Assembly (NCBI GenBank): GCA_009103225.1
Contig: RHPI01003156.1
Coordinates: 1,112,159 to 1,176,158, forward strand
DNA from: Chlorokybus atmophyticus
Lineage: Eukaryota > Plantae > Mesostigma and Chlorokybus algae
Direction: 5' to 3'
Length of the DNA stretch: 64,000 nucleotides
Shown here: positions 10,590 to 30,455 of the stretch, in pieces
Numbering within the stretch: position 1 is the stretch's first letter
How the letters are laid out: each line of letters begins with the position of its first letter
Program-made: the position numbers and the translations under genes
The notes under the pieces: model-generated
Told to the model about the DNA's origin: nothing
Seen by the model: the letters and a program-made list of their open reading frames with translations, nothing else
Database searches by the model: none

Positions 10590-12232
10590 CTACACTTTGA
10601 ACGACTCCACAACATCGTTCAGCATGCTCTTGTACTTGGCCCACTGCTTCTCTGACGCGCTCACAGTCAACATGACAACAACATTACCAGTGGACGTGAT
10701 CGATGCCAGGTTATGAGCGCCAGTCAGAGCATATGGCGTGTACAACTCGTACATATAGTACTGCAGACAGAATGCAGTCAGCGCACTACTTCAGAGCAAA
10801 CTGAACATGTTGCACGCACAAGCATTGCCTCCCTTCAGCAGCTGAGAAGCGCACAGCACACATTGACCACTAAGAGTTAAACAGTGGCAGCGTCTGAGAC
10901 GCACCTTATGGTTTTGAACATCCTTCACATGGCTTGCAACCAAATCGTCAATGTCAAACGAATTGCCTGTGACGAACTGTCCTAACCGCTCAATCATCAA
11001 GGCTGGAGGTGCAATCTCCTCAATCTGGGCCTCTGGCCGATTTGTCAATCTCACAAGAGGTGCCACAATGACCTGCAAGACAATGGCTGGACATGAGAAT
11101 CAAAGCTGCATCCGCAGCAGCATTTCCACGTACATACATCTTCAACAGTCTTTCTTGACTGTGTTGTACAGCAAGAGGACTACTAGGACAGGACCATAAG
11201 TCATAAGCACACCATCACCCATTGCGAACCTGCAATTGGCCTTGCTTGTCATCCTCATACTTTGCTTCCACCCATGGCTCTGCACACTTGGGCTGGACAC
11301 ACAAATCGTGTCGTAAGCACCGAGTTTCGAGCATGGCATGGATGTAAGATGCATCATCATCGCACGTTATGTGTCAGTCACCAAGTCAGTAAGCTGTCAA
11401 TTGCTGAGCTTGTCAATACGCAAATGTCAGGCAGCTGCAATGCAACCGCAGCAACACACCCACCTGACAATAGTTCCCACTTTGTATGTTTGCTACTCTT
11501 GCAGGTTTCCATGATGGCGGTATGTAGATCCTGTAAGGCTTCACAATGCCTGCGCGCATAGCAGGCGTGGACCGCACATCGGGTTCGTACACAACCAAAT
11601 CGCCGACACCTGCAGTCATGGGTGTTTGTGTACTATACGCACAAGGCAGCATTGTTCGCCTCCACTGTTGTTGAAATCGAATCGCCTACTGCCGCACACA
11701 GATAAACACATACTCTGCATCACTCTGTTCCATCAATGCATGCCAGCTGAATGCTTATGCAAGGCTTGCATACAGGAACATGCGTAGGGCTTGCATGTAC
11801 CTGCATGCGTAGCCCTACGCAAGCAGTTTTGTTGATGAGTTATTGCTCGTTGTGTGAGACATGCATAGTTATTGAGTTAACCAGCAACACGTCACATGGC
11901 CATACAAGGTCAGCACCTGTGTGCTGCTAACTCATACCTGATTTTGTTAAATACTCTCCAACAGGGCCAGCCGTGGCCAATGCGGGCAGAGGCACGCTGA
12001 GTGGTAATGCTGCAGCGGCCACAGCAGCGGCGGCGGCGCTCAGGACGGCACTACGTCGGGAGCATGTGGGTTCATCCAGCACGACAGCCACTCCACGCTC
12101 AAGCTCCGCATTGCCGGCAGCAGCGGCGGAAACCCTGACCGACAGCCGGCTGCCCTGGCGACGGCCTGATCTGCCAGGCCTCGCCGTCAGCAGCACCGAC
12201 GGCGCCAACGCAGCCAGTAAGGACGACGCCAT
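10590..12232 (-). CDS. PPD5: PsbP-domain protein 5 (thylakoid lumen), multi-exon
   Basis: Bipartite transit peptide with SRR...ALA. Exons YIPPSWKPARVANIQSGNYCQ, QVIVAPLVRLTNRPEAQIEEI...LGQFVTGNSFD and YYMYELYTPYALTGAHNLA...EKQW...VVESFKV* resemble plant PPD5. Confidence 0.88.
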
Positions 12233-13861
12233 GTTCCGAAGCTCAACCCGGACGCCCACCTCGCCCACCACACCGCCAACCCTCCTTCACCTCCGTCGCC
12301 ACGACCGTCAACCCTACTCTCTGGTGCCTCAACTCACTCCACAGCTCAGATGTAGCCACGTCACTGAGCAACCCCGCGCAATATGGCTTCTGCAAGAAGC
12401 GGAACTAGTGTCGCTGCCCTGGCTGGCAGACAGCGACTTCCCCCTCGGCAGCGTGTCAGACTTGCGTACGTTACGCGCCGTCCCGCCACAGGTCCAATGA
12501 TGATTATCAGGCTCGGGCCGACGGCTGCCGGCGTTTTGTCCGCCGTACACCACTCGGAGCTGTCAGTTACTGGACGCAAGCCCGTCCGCAGTCCATCATC
12601 ACCCGATGCTACACCGGTCGCAGCCGGTCAAAACAAACGCCCTCAACCGACTCCGGAGTGCCCATCCACAAAACCCTTACGCCGAAACCCTAACTCAGCT
12701 GGCTGCTCATTACGCAACGTAATTTGTAGTGGTATGCTTTTCAATGCACTGCGTCGGGCTAAGGCTTAAAATAAAGGCGTTTCATGGGATTCATGATGGG
12801 TATTGTCGCTGTTGTGAAGCGTAAGGAACAAGCGTATGCCGCCATAGCCGGGGGAAAAGGTTGGGTCAGGCGAAGCTAGGTGCCACGGCGGCATAGTGGC
12901 GGCACAGTGAGAGAGGGTTGGCTGCTGCTGTCTGGGCGTGCCACCTGGGCAGCCTGGGTTGGCTGCTTTTGTCCTTGTTTATTGGAGGTGGCAACCCCCC
13001 CTTCTTGCTTTGCTCTTTTTGGGGGCAAGGCCGCCTCAGAGGAAGGAACAGGCAGCAGCAGGTGCCACACTGAAGCTGCTGCTGCTGCTGCTGGCTCATC
13101 ATCCCTACCACTGAGCCTTAGCCAGTTGTCCCCCCAAAACCACTGGCCCATCATCTACTGCGCCCGCGCCCCCAACCCATCACCGTGCCCCTGCGGCACC
13201 GCCGCTGGATTGTATGCGCTCACCCCCTGACCACCACGCCGCACCCTCCGCCGGACCGCCCAGCTCGGTGCGTGCCCACCCCATGCACATGGCAGCAGGA
13301 GTGTTCAGTACGCCGCCGAGCAGTCAGACAATTAGCCTTGTAGCATCAACCGCCGCTGTCGTATGCATTCAGCTCAGTAGCCGTGCAATTGGCCTGGCTG
13401 CTGAAAACGGCTGCCCCACCGTCTGCCATGTGCGTGTGTGTCGCAGACATGCATTGCTCCCACTGCGTTTGTATCGCACAGTGTGTAGCGCATGGGCGCT
13501 TGCTGCGGCCAGCGTGCAAGTTTCTTGATGGAACGGAAGCAATTGCTGAGTCGAACAGTGTTCGTGCGTCTCGTTGGGCACATTTTAGAGTGCAGAATAG
13601 TTGATAGCCGTCTGTGGCTGTGCTTGTTTTGACTGCGCAGCCACCTGCGTCGTCTGCACAGCCGCCCTTCATCTGGAACCCCCCCCATGTCGGCTTCTGT
13701 TACATTGCACACGAAAGTACTTGTCTGCGTTGTTCGTACTATGACTAAAGTAACAAGGTTCTGCGGAGAAACACTCGATACTAGGGAGATCTGGAACGAC
13801 ATTGACAAAATGCGCTATGAAGGCCACGTTTTGTTTTGTGTGACAGTTGGGTTTGCTGCAG

Positions 13862-21755
<7,894 letters not shown>

Positions 21756-23092
21756 CTCTTGCCTAGCTCTGTATTGTGGCAGTAGTAGTTTGTATTACAC
21801 GCTTTAGCTCCCTAGTGAGTTGTACAGTGTTGCACAGCGTTTTCTAAGTGCTGCTAACAATAGGTATTCTTGTATGGGCGATGCAGGACCCTGTATCATT
21901 ATGTTGGACTTCGGGCCTTAAGTTCCAAATTGTTATGCTGCTTTCGCGTTTGTGTACCTGCAAAAGTAACCTGCATACTTAACAAGGGTCCTTGATTTGT
22001 ACCATTAGTTTTGTATTCTTCACAGCGGAACATCATGTCAAAGCCGAGATACTCGCGTAGCTGGCTGCACAATTACAGGTTGTGTTTATGAGCATATGTC
22101 ACTGGGTGTTGAATCAGTAACAGACACAGTCTAGCATATTATCTTACACTCAAATGCTCACTGTTGTCATTGCCATACATGGCAGAGCTTGACTTTCCAA
22201 CAATGTAAGCATCATTTGCCAAGGCGCCAGATGCATGCTGCAATATGTTCCGGTCATGGCATTGCTGGTGGAGTAGAGTAGCTGGGGTGGAACCGCAGTT
22301 TGTCACACCATGCATTCCGTCTTGCTTGACACGCAGCCCTTCCAACTGTTGCTTGGTCATTCTGCCAGGTGAGTGCTCAACAGGCGTTAGAGTTGTCCAG
22401 TTTCAACATCCCAAAACTGCAGTGTGTCCCATGTGCCCGCTTGGGTGATAGCGTGCATGCGTGCACAGTGTACAGAATATGCACGTGATGTATGTACAAA
22501 GAACGGCGAGGGTATTAGCTGCGTGCAAGGCATGCGACATACAACACACATGTCATAGCATAGCTGGCAGCTGCATGCTACCAGCTAGCGCAACACACGG
22601 CACCAGGCACAACGCAGTCAACAGGGCACCACCGGGCTACCTCATTAGTTCTTACACTTTTCTATCTCTAGCTATCATCTCTACTGCCCACACCCCGTTA
22701 GTGATGCATGCATGCTTGGATGTCAGGTCACCTCCGCTGCTGATTGTGTGTGTACATACAGAGAGTGCGTGCAGTTGCGCATCTGTACTACTGGAAAGCC
22801 TATGCAATGTGGCGTGCAATGTATGCGCAAGGCTGGATAGCATCCACTTTGAACGCCTTGTACACTCACAGTTCTGCTTGGTGACACACGGATACATACA
22901 TAAGATCGGAAGGTAGTGCGCATCATGTGGCGTGCGCGCACGCGCACGCGCACACGCACACACAACAGCACCCGCGCAAGGCATGGGGGAGACTCTGCAA
23001 ACAGAACTGTTGATTCACAAACGCCCCCCCTCTAGATGCAACTCTGCTACCAGACTGGTAGCGGTCGCTTGCTTCCTGAGACAGGGGGGAAC

Positions 23093-24993
23093 TCAGTCAT
23101 TAACAATGACCACTTTGCCCGTGGTCTGCGTATCAAACACCTCATACGCTTGTCGTATCTGGTCCAGCCCAAACCTATGCGTGACAATGCACTCGGGATG
23201 CAAGTCCCACCTTTCCAGCAAACCAAGCAACTCTCTCATCTGTGGCACCGAACACACCCACGAGCCCAACAACGTCAACTGCTTATGCAGTAACAAAGGA
23301 CTCGGTTCAAAACTCACACTCCCACCTTCGCCAATAAACACAACTCTCCCCCACTCGCGCGCGGCGTGGAGGCAAAGTACTCTTGCTTGTGGTGCGCCGG
23401 AGCACTCGAAGGCCACCTCTACGTTGTTGTGTAGGGTGAGAGTGTCGGTTGTGTCCAACACGCGGGTGAAGCAAGATAGTGAGTTGGCGTGCGTGCGGCG
23501 TTGGGGAATGGAGTCCACGCCGTTGATGTCGAGCACACCGAGGGCGCGGGAGAGTAAGGCCACGCCGAGGCCGACGGGGCCGAGACCTGATGTGGGTGTG
23601 TGGATGTGGGTGTGTGCGTGTGGGTGTGTGGGTGTGGAAGTGCATGTACTACCAGGTACCTGTTATGAGGACTCTGTCTCTGCCGGATACTTGCGCTCGC
23701 TCGCACGCCGCAAAGGCGGTGCCGAAGCCGCACGCCGCCAACGCCCCGTCCACATATGTCAGCTGAGACAGAGGTTCATGTTGGGATGATGAACAATATG
23801 TGTCAACACTGAGCCAAACAGTGAAATACACAACACCACCGCCCTTGCCTTGTCTGGTAGCTTCAGCAGGCAGCTTCGATGAACCGTCATGAAGTCTGCG
23901 TGTCCGCCATTAAGCTGCCAACCGTACGCCCCACGACCCTCCTGATGTTGTTGATACGAACGCAAGCAGCGTGTAACGTTTGCGCATTTGCACACGCCGT
24001 TGCTCACTCGCACACGCACGTACGCGCACGCGCCATCGCACGTCCACACACTCGTGTGTGCATGTACGTGCCCGCTGTGTGCATGTGCAAGCAGTAGATG
24101 TACACGCATACATAGGCACACACGTATGCACACGCATGCACACAAAAACGCACACCCATTAACGTGTGCATGCATGTGCGTGCGCACACGCGCATGGTCA
24201 CGTATGTGCGCGCGCGTGTTGTAGTTCACCTCTGCTGCCCCCTAATGTACCTCCGCCCTGCAGTTGATCATCCATCCTTTGATGCAGTGCTCGCACAGTC
24301 CACACCCTTTGATGTGGTAGATCGCCACTCTGTCGCCGGGCTGAAACCCGCTCACGCCAGGACCAACAGACACTATCTGCAGGAAGCATACCAGTCACAC
24401 CTTCTGTCATTGGCAGTTTCTCTCTCAAGCTGTTGCACAGAAGTTGGGTAAGACTGTCTCTCTTTCACCCTCTCACCCACCCACCTGCCCGCATGGCTCG
24501 TGTCCCGCTATCACGCCCTGATAGCCTTCGGCCCCGCTGCCCTGTGACCAACGACAAACGCGAGTAGTAGTGCAAGTTGTTGTTACTGCAACCCAACCGT
24601 AGTAGTAGTTGTTGTCTCAGCAACAACACCACACACGTAAAGTGTCACAGGCACTGGTTCTGACACTGACACCGATGCCGTGAACACTGCAGCAGTAACA
24701 ACAGCGTACTTACTACTGGAGAAAGGACAAGTCATCGAGTTGGATTCTTCAATGACCACAATGTACACATATGCATACACAAATGCATGCATGCATGCTC
24801 TACACACACACACACACACACGCGTGCCCACCTGGTGTCCTGGTTCCGGTCGGTATATGGCCCGCAGGTCGCTGCCGCACAGTCCGCTGGCCTTGACGGC
24901 GACCACCACATGGCCCTCCTGCGGGGCCGCCGGCTCGGGCAGGTCGGTCCTCAGGTCCACCCGGCGGCCGCCAGGCAGGACAGCGCCCCGCAT
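23093..24993 (-). CDS. Zn-dependent medium-chain dehydrogenase (threonine/sugar-alcohol dehydrogenase-like), multi-exon
   Basis: Spliced product contains [12 protein letters not shown]...[34 protein letters not shown]...C (structural Zn), [17 protein letters not shown], the Rossmann motif GLGPVG, and THRFGLDQ...GKVVIVND*. Confidence 0.9.
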
Positions 24994-26623
24994 GACGACG
25001 ACGACGACAACGACAACGACAGGGTTGGCCATGCAGTCACGCTTGTAGGGCCGTCACGCGAAGCGCCTGCGCGTGATGCATCCGATCGCTCCGCGTGACG
25101 CATTGTCGACGTGTGCATGGTTAAGACTTGAGCCTCAAAATGGGGCTTCTGGTCCGATAACGGCGATCGCGCAGCCAAGTTGTTGGTTACCCCAACCAGC
25201 AAGATGGTACCGATGCTGTTATTGTATCGGGCACTGCATTGATGTGTGTGCGATGCTGTTGGGGCGTCATACCACACCCCAATTGCAGCAGCACACTGTC
25301 CAACAACGTTGCAAGCAAGAGGACAGAGGCGACTGGTGCCGAAGTGAGGGTTCAAAACAGCACAGGAGGCTCACCATGGAGCTTTTGTCACAGACAGAAT
25401 TGCAAGAATGCTTCTTGAGGGTATCGACGCCTTCAGTTCCCCAAACCTATATGCTTTGCGGCCATCGAAATGTTCACAAGGATACACACTTATCTGATTT
25501 GTGATATGATCACGCAACTGCATAGGGCTGGGCTCATGGTTCGCACACCGTACCTGGCCACACAGCCAAGTTCACCACCCAACCCCACCACCAGCACCTA
25601 ACTGCCAGCAACGACACAACACCACAACACCAGCATGCACTGCGGACTGGCACTGCGCACCAACGGTGACAGAGCGGCAAGGGTTGCAGCACACGCATGT
25701 GAAGGCGGAGGCGGACGTGGGAGGGATGACTGAGTGGGCGTGGGAGGAGAGAGAAGAGATAGAGGGAAGGGAGGAGGGGCGAGAGGAAGAGAGGGGAGAT
25801 GGGGAATTGGGGAGCGCATTCGCACGCTGCATTGTCCTGCTGTAGCGCTACTCTGCGTCCATACTACATTGGCCTGACGCTGTTGCCGGTGCCGTCCACA
25901 GGTGACGATTCAACATACATACATGCACTCATGCATGCATTCGTAACGGGGTAGCCAAATAGTTGTAGTGTGTTAGGAATTGCATAGCTTTAGCCCGGTG
26001 GTGAAATAGTGTTGACTGCCTCTGGCTGTTTGCACGTGTGGTATGCGTGACAACATGCATAACTGATTCTGGTCACACTATGCATGCGACCCTATGAGCA
26101 CACGCTCTTCTGTACACACGCCATGGCACCCGATGACATTATAGACGGGCGTGCACGGCACAATCATATGCCCCATTGGCTCCGTGATAGCATGCAACTA
26201 ACTGGTGGTAGACACTTCCGCTATCACAATCAACACAGTGCATAGCTTTGAGTGAGGCATGCCATTCTCATCACTATCATAGGATGCAATCTGCCACGAA
26301 CACAGATGCTGTTTGGTAGAGTTGTCTAACGGACAACATGACAAAACTCATCACACTTGCCAGTTGACACTCTGCGCGAAATACGCCTCGCAAAGGTATG
26401 TGGGTCGACGACAAATCGTCCATCACCTTGTTCCTCAATCAACTGTTCATCATCTCTTAATGACAGACTCTGCAAGACTCCTTAGACCATGACACTTGTG
26501 TGCGTGTATGTAAGGGTTGTGCGTTGCGTGCGCATCAGCGCCAATGGTAAAGTTACTGATCTCCACTCGTCGTTAATACCAATAGCAGCTGTTATTAAAC
26601 CAAGCTATGGCATCAATTCCAAA

Positions 26624-29438
26624 TCATAACCTTCCTGTGAATGCCAGCAGCGCAGCGGCCAGCAGCATCACCACAGCAAACACCTGCCAGCGAAGCAAGC
26701 ATTAATGTGTCAGATGGCATACCTCCCACAAACAATGTCAAGTGTATGCGCAACAAAGCCGCCAGCCACAAAGAGCAGACTTGCTTGCCTGCTGGATCAG
26801 CCCGAACGGCTTCAACGCCTCAGCTCGCTGTTCGGAGCCGCCGAAGCCAAACGCATACGCTGCGTATGCGAGGAAGGCCAACAGCACCACCTGCAGCACA
26901 ATGCATGAGATTGACGTCACACAACCTTGACAGCTCCAACTTCCACACAACAAGCACATGCGCGTGCTACGCGCACAAGAACGCACCAGACGGAAGCTCA
27001 GCGAGCTTGCCGCCAAGTCTGCTGCTTCTTGTTTCCTACAAGAGTGTGCACGTAAGCAGAAGGCCTCTTGAGTCAAGATCAAACACAACCATACAAGCCA
27101 TCAGCAAAACACGGCACAGCGCTTACTGCAGAGCTTTCTGCCTTCCTTTTTCGCACTGCAGCAGCAACTTTTTGACCGCCTCTTCAGTCTCTTTCACGCT
27201 CGGGTCATCTAAGTTTGCTTTCACCTTCATAACATGGCAAACACTGCAACTTCAAGGACTCGTTCCCCAAAACAGCCACACCTTCCAACATGGCCTCAAC
27301 GCCTCACCTTCGCACGCAGTTCGGACGCAAACTCGACCAATGATGTGTACACAGCAAGCATGGAGGTGGTATTCACAACGATCCTGGCGCTGGCGCCTGC
27401 AAGACACGATGTCATGTGTTGTTGCCGCAAGCGTGAAAACATCCGCATGCAACAATGTTTGCAACATGCATGGGACGCACCTCTTCTCATCTTGACATTT
27501 TTCCTAAAAACATCGACGTTGTTGTAACAGACTGTCAGAGTGCCCATTGCCATAATCTAAGCAGACCACATCACATCTGTGTGTCGTGACAACAGCAAAC
27601 CGGCATGCGTAATTTACAGCATCACAATGCACATGCCTGCGGGATGGCAACAAAGCGGAACACCGCCGGGTCTTTCAACCTCTCCAAGTACGTCAGCGCG
27701 TCCGTGCCGTGGTGCAAAGCATTGGTGATGAGCTCGTTAAGACACCTCAGCGCACTCGAACCGTTCTTATCAACATTCTGGAAGTCCTGGCACCACAGCT
27801 CCAAGTCAACATCGGTCAGGCGCACACATGTAGCTGTGTCTGTGTGTGCGTGTGCGTGCTTATACAGGCGCTTAGCGCATATGTTCATGTGTGTGTGCGT
27901 GCGTGCTAACATGCATGTACGCGCACACACAGTGCTACATGTGTTGAACAAACACTGCCAATGTACGCATGCTTACATATGCATGCACATGTTCGCTAGC
28001 ACGCGAAGGTGCAGGTCCGGGCATGAGTGCATGTCTGCGCGCATGTGCACGTGTCTCTTGACATAGCCCAGTAGTACCTCTAAATGTGTGGCATACTTCC
28101 CCCACACTTCCTTCGGCCAAAACATGCGTGGGGCCGGCAGCTCCGTTATGTCTTCATGATAGTCTCTGATGATGTTCGTCTTCTGCAGGAAAAGCCCGAG
28201 CGAATTCGACAGGTCATCCGCGCTGGCAAAGTAAGGCTCTTCAAGCCCGGCATTAACAAATAGATTGGACAGCCCGATGCCGACCAAACCCGCGACGTAG
28301 TGGCAGTACAGGTCATAGTCCTCCTTTGTGATAACCTGTGATGCAAAAGGTGTTAGTATGAAGTCTTGTTGGTGTTGTGGTTGCTTACACATACTTGCCT
28401 CACGGCCGATAAACTCTGCCATGCCTGCACCCATGCGTTTGGTAATGTCCTTTATGACTTCTTGAAATCTGCAGGAAGCCATCCGTTTGTATTGACTGAT
28501 TGCGTTACATGCCCTCATTGTTCGCACAGTAGTTACCTGAACTCACAAGAATGCTTACTTGGGTGAGAGCTTGAGGTATGACTTTGTGACCAGCGAGTAC
28601 TTCTCCATGAGGTCAGCGTAAGCTCCTGTCCCGCCTGAATGAAGTCAGCAGCCGTGTACACACAGGATGACCCCCCTAAGACAACAATGCATACAATCTT
28701 AAGAATAAGGTGCTTGCACGTACATCTGATGGTCCATGTCGGGTCCTCGAGGTGCGTGTAGAACGTTTGCAATGCGGGTACCTTCACATCCTTTGGTATG
28801 GACATGTCATCCTCTGCATGGCAAGGACATGTCAAGCTGTTTACAGCTGTTACCAACTCAACAAGTGCTTGTAGGACACAACCTCCAAGCATTGTCTGTA
28901 ATATGTCACTTGACAACACATGGCTGCAACATTCCCAGTGTAGCTTCACGCACGCACGGTCATGAACGGTAAAGGTGAATTAAAGCATGAGCTCAACTCA
29001 CCGACAGTGTCCAGAGCGCGCAATACCAAGTAGAAAATGCACACCTGTTGAAGGCCAAACCATCGTAAGCTCGCAGTTGATACCAATGCAGTGTGATAGT
29101 TATGCCCCCATTGCATGCATGTTCTCCTTATGAGCAAACTGACTGGAACTAAGCAGCAATGCGAAACCCTGATGCCAATCACTCAAGAAAGCAGTGTGCA
29201 TGCATGCTTCCTCTCTTTCCCTCACGACACTTACGGCATCTCTCAGTTCCGTCCCCAGCTGCTGTATGACAACAGCAAACGACCTCGACACCCTATTCAG
29301 CATTCCATAGCAGAAATCCAGGTTTGGATCATCCCACCGCCGCTTCGCCGCCGCCCTCGCCAGCAGGGCAGCCCGACCAAGCGCCAAGAGCTCAGCGGGA
29401 CGACCCAGGCTGGCCGCCACAGCCGCACCCATGCCCAT
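26624..29438 (-). CDS. SQS: Squalene synthase (canonical), multi-exon, with a hydrophobic C-terminal anchor; last exons approximate
   Basis: [51 protein letters not shown] and VKMRRG are all intact. Confidence 0.95.
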
Positions 29439-30189
29439 GGCTGGAGAAGAGAAAGCAGTGAAGAACAACGACGGCCACGACTACGACGAGGACAATGACA
29501 AACACAATGCCGCCGCCGCCGCCCCCCCTCCAGCTGCCGCCAGCTGGCAATTGTGATGCATAAAGAGTCCGTTGCTTCGCTGTTTTGGCGGGTAGATGGT
29601 GGTGGCGGTGGTAATGACGGTTGAGGCATTGTAGTTGTTGGCGGTGGCGGTGGTGGTGGGAGGGGGGGAAGGGGCATTCCAGTGCAGTGCGGAGTAGGGT
29701 GTGGAGCTGAGGGACGTGCGTCGACGGAGCAGAGTGCAGACGACAGGTTTTGCTCTGCTGTCAACAGGTTGCAAGCAGGTGACCAACGCTGAGAGCAGCA
29801 GCTTAATGCTGTCCAATCCTTTGCCTTCAGTACAGTACTATGTGCAGTGCAAGGGAGAGTACGCACTCTCTGTGTTTGTTATGCACGTGGTGTGGCAGTT
29901 CAGTAAGCTTACGGACTGCATGCTCCCATTTCGTGATGAGCTGAATGGGATGCTTTCCATTTTGTTCCATGCGCAACTGCCTAAGCACCTGGTGCTGACT
30001 GTTGCATGCGTGCGCGAGTGTGGTCGATTGAACTCGACCACACTCTAGCAGTGCTTGCTTACGACTTCCACATCCAGGCAAACCTGGACAGTGCGTGCAT
30101 GTTTGTTTGCGTGATAGATCATGATGGGCGACTTGACTCGAGCATGCTGCAACGGCATTGGCAACAGCAGCGACAGCAGTAACAAACCA

Positions 30190-30455
30190 TGCCGCACAGT
30201 GGGGGAGAGTTGTGTTTATCGGTGGGAGTGTGAGCTTCGAGCCGAGTCCTTTGTTGCTTCGTAAACAGCTTACGTTGTTGGGGTCATGGGTGTGTTCAGT
30301 ACCACAGATGGGAGAATTGACTGGTTTGCTGGAAAGGTGGGACTTGCACCCTGTGTATTGTCACGCATAGGTTTGGGCTTGTAAGATACAGGAAGCGTAT
30401 GAGGTGCTTGATACGCAATATACGGGCAAAGTGGTCATGTTAATGACTAACTGAC
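30190..30455 (+). pseudogene. Decayed, inverted partial copy of the 3' end of the Zn-dehydrogenase gene
   Basis: [51 protein letters not shown]...EAYEVLDTQYTGKVV aligns with 23093-23375 (minus strand) but has indels and frameshifts. No upstream exons were found. Confidence 0.88.

Noticed and set aside
12329-13111. Short minus-strand ORFs upstream of PPD5 as a small gene or uORF
   Set aside because: Several overlapping GC-rich ORFs with no recognisable domain or consistent splice model, in a probable divergent promoter/UTR region.
22139-22450. WD40-like words (GHMGHTAV, FWDVETGQL) on the minus strand
   Set aside because: The motifs are in different frames, too close together and flanked by stops; chance similarity cannot be excluded.
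29297-29866. 189-aa Pro-rich ORF upstream of SQS
   Set aside because: It derives from GGT/GGC low-complexity repeats in the SQS 5' region and overlaps SQS out of frame.
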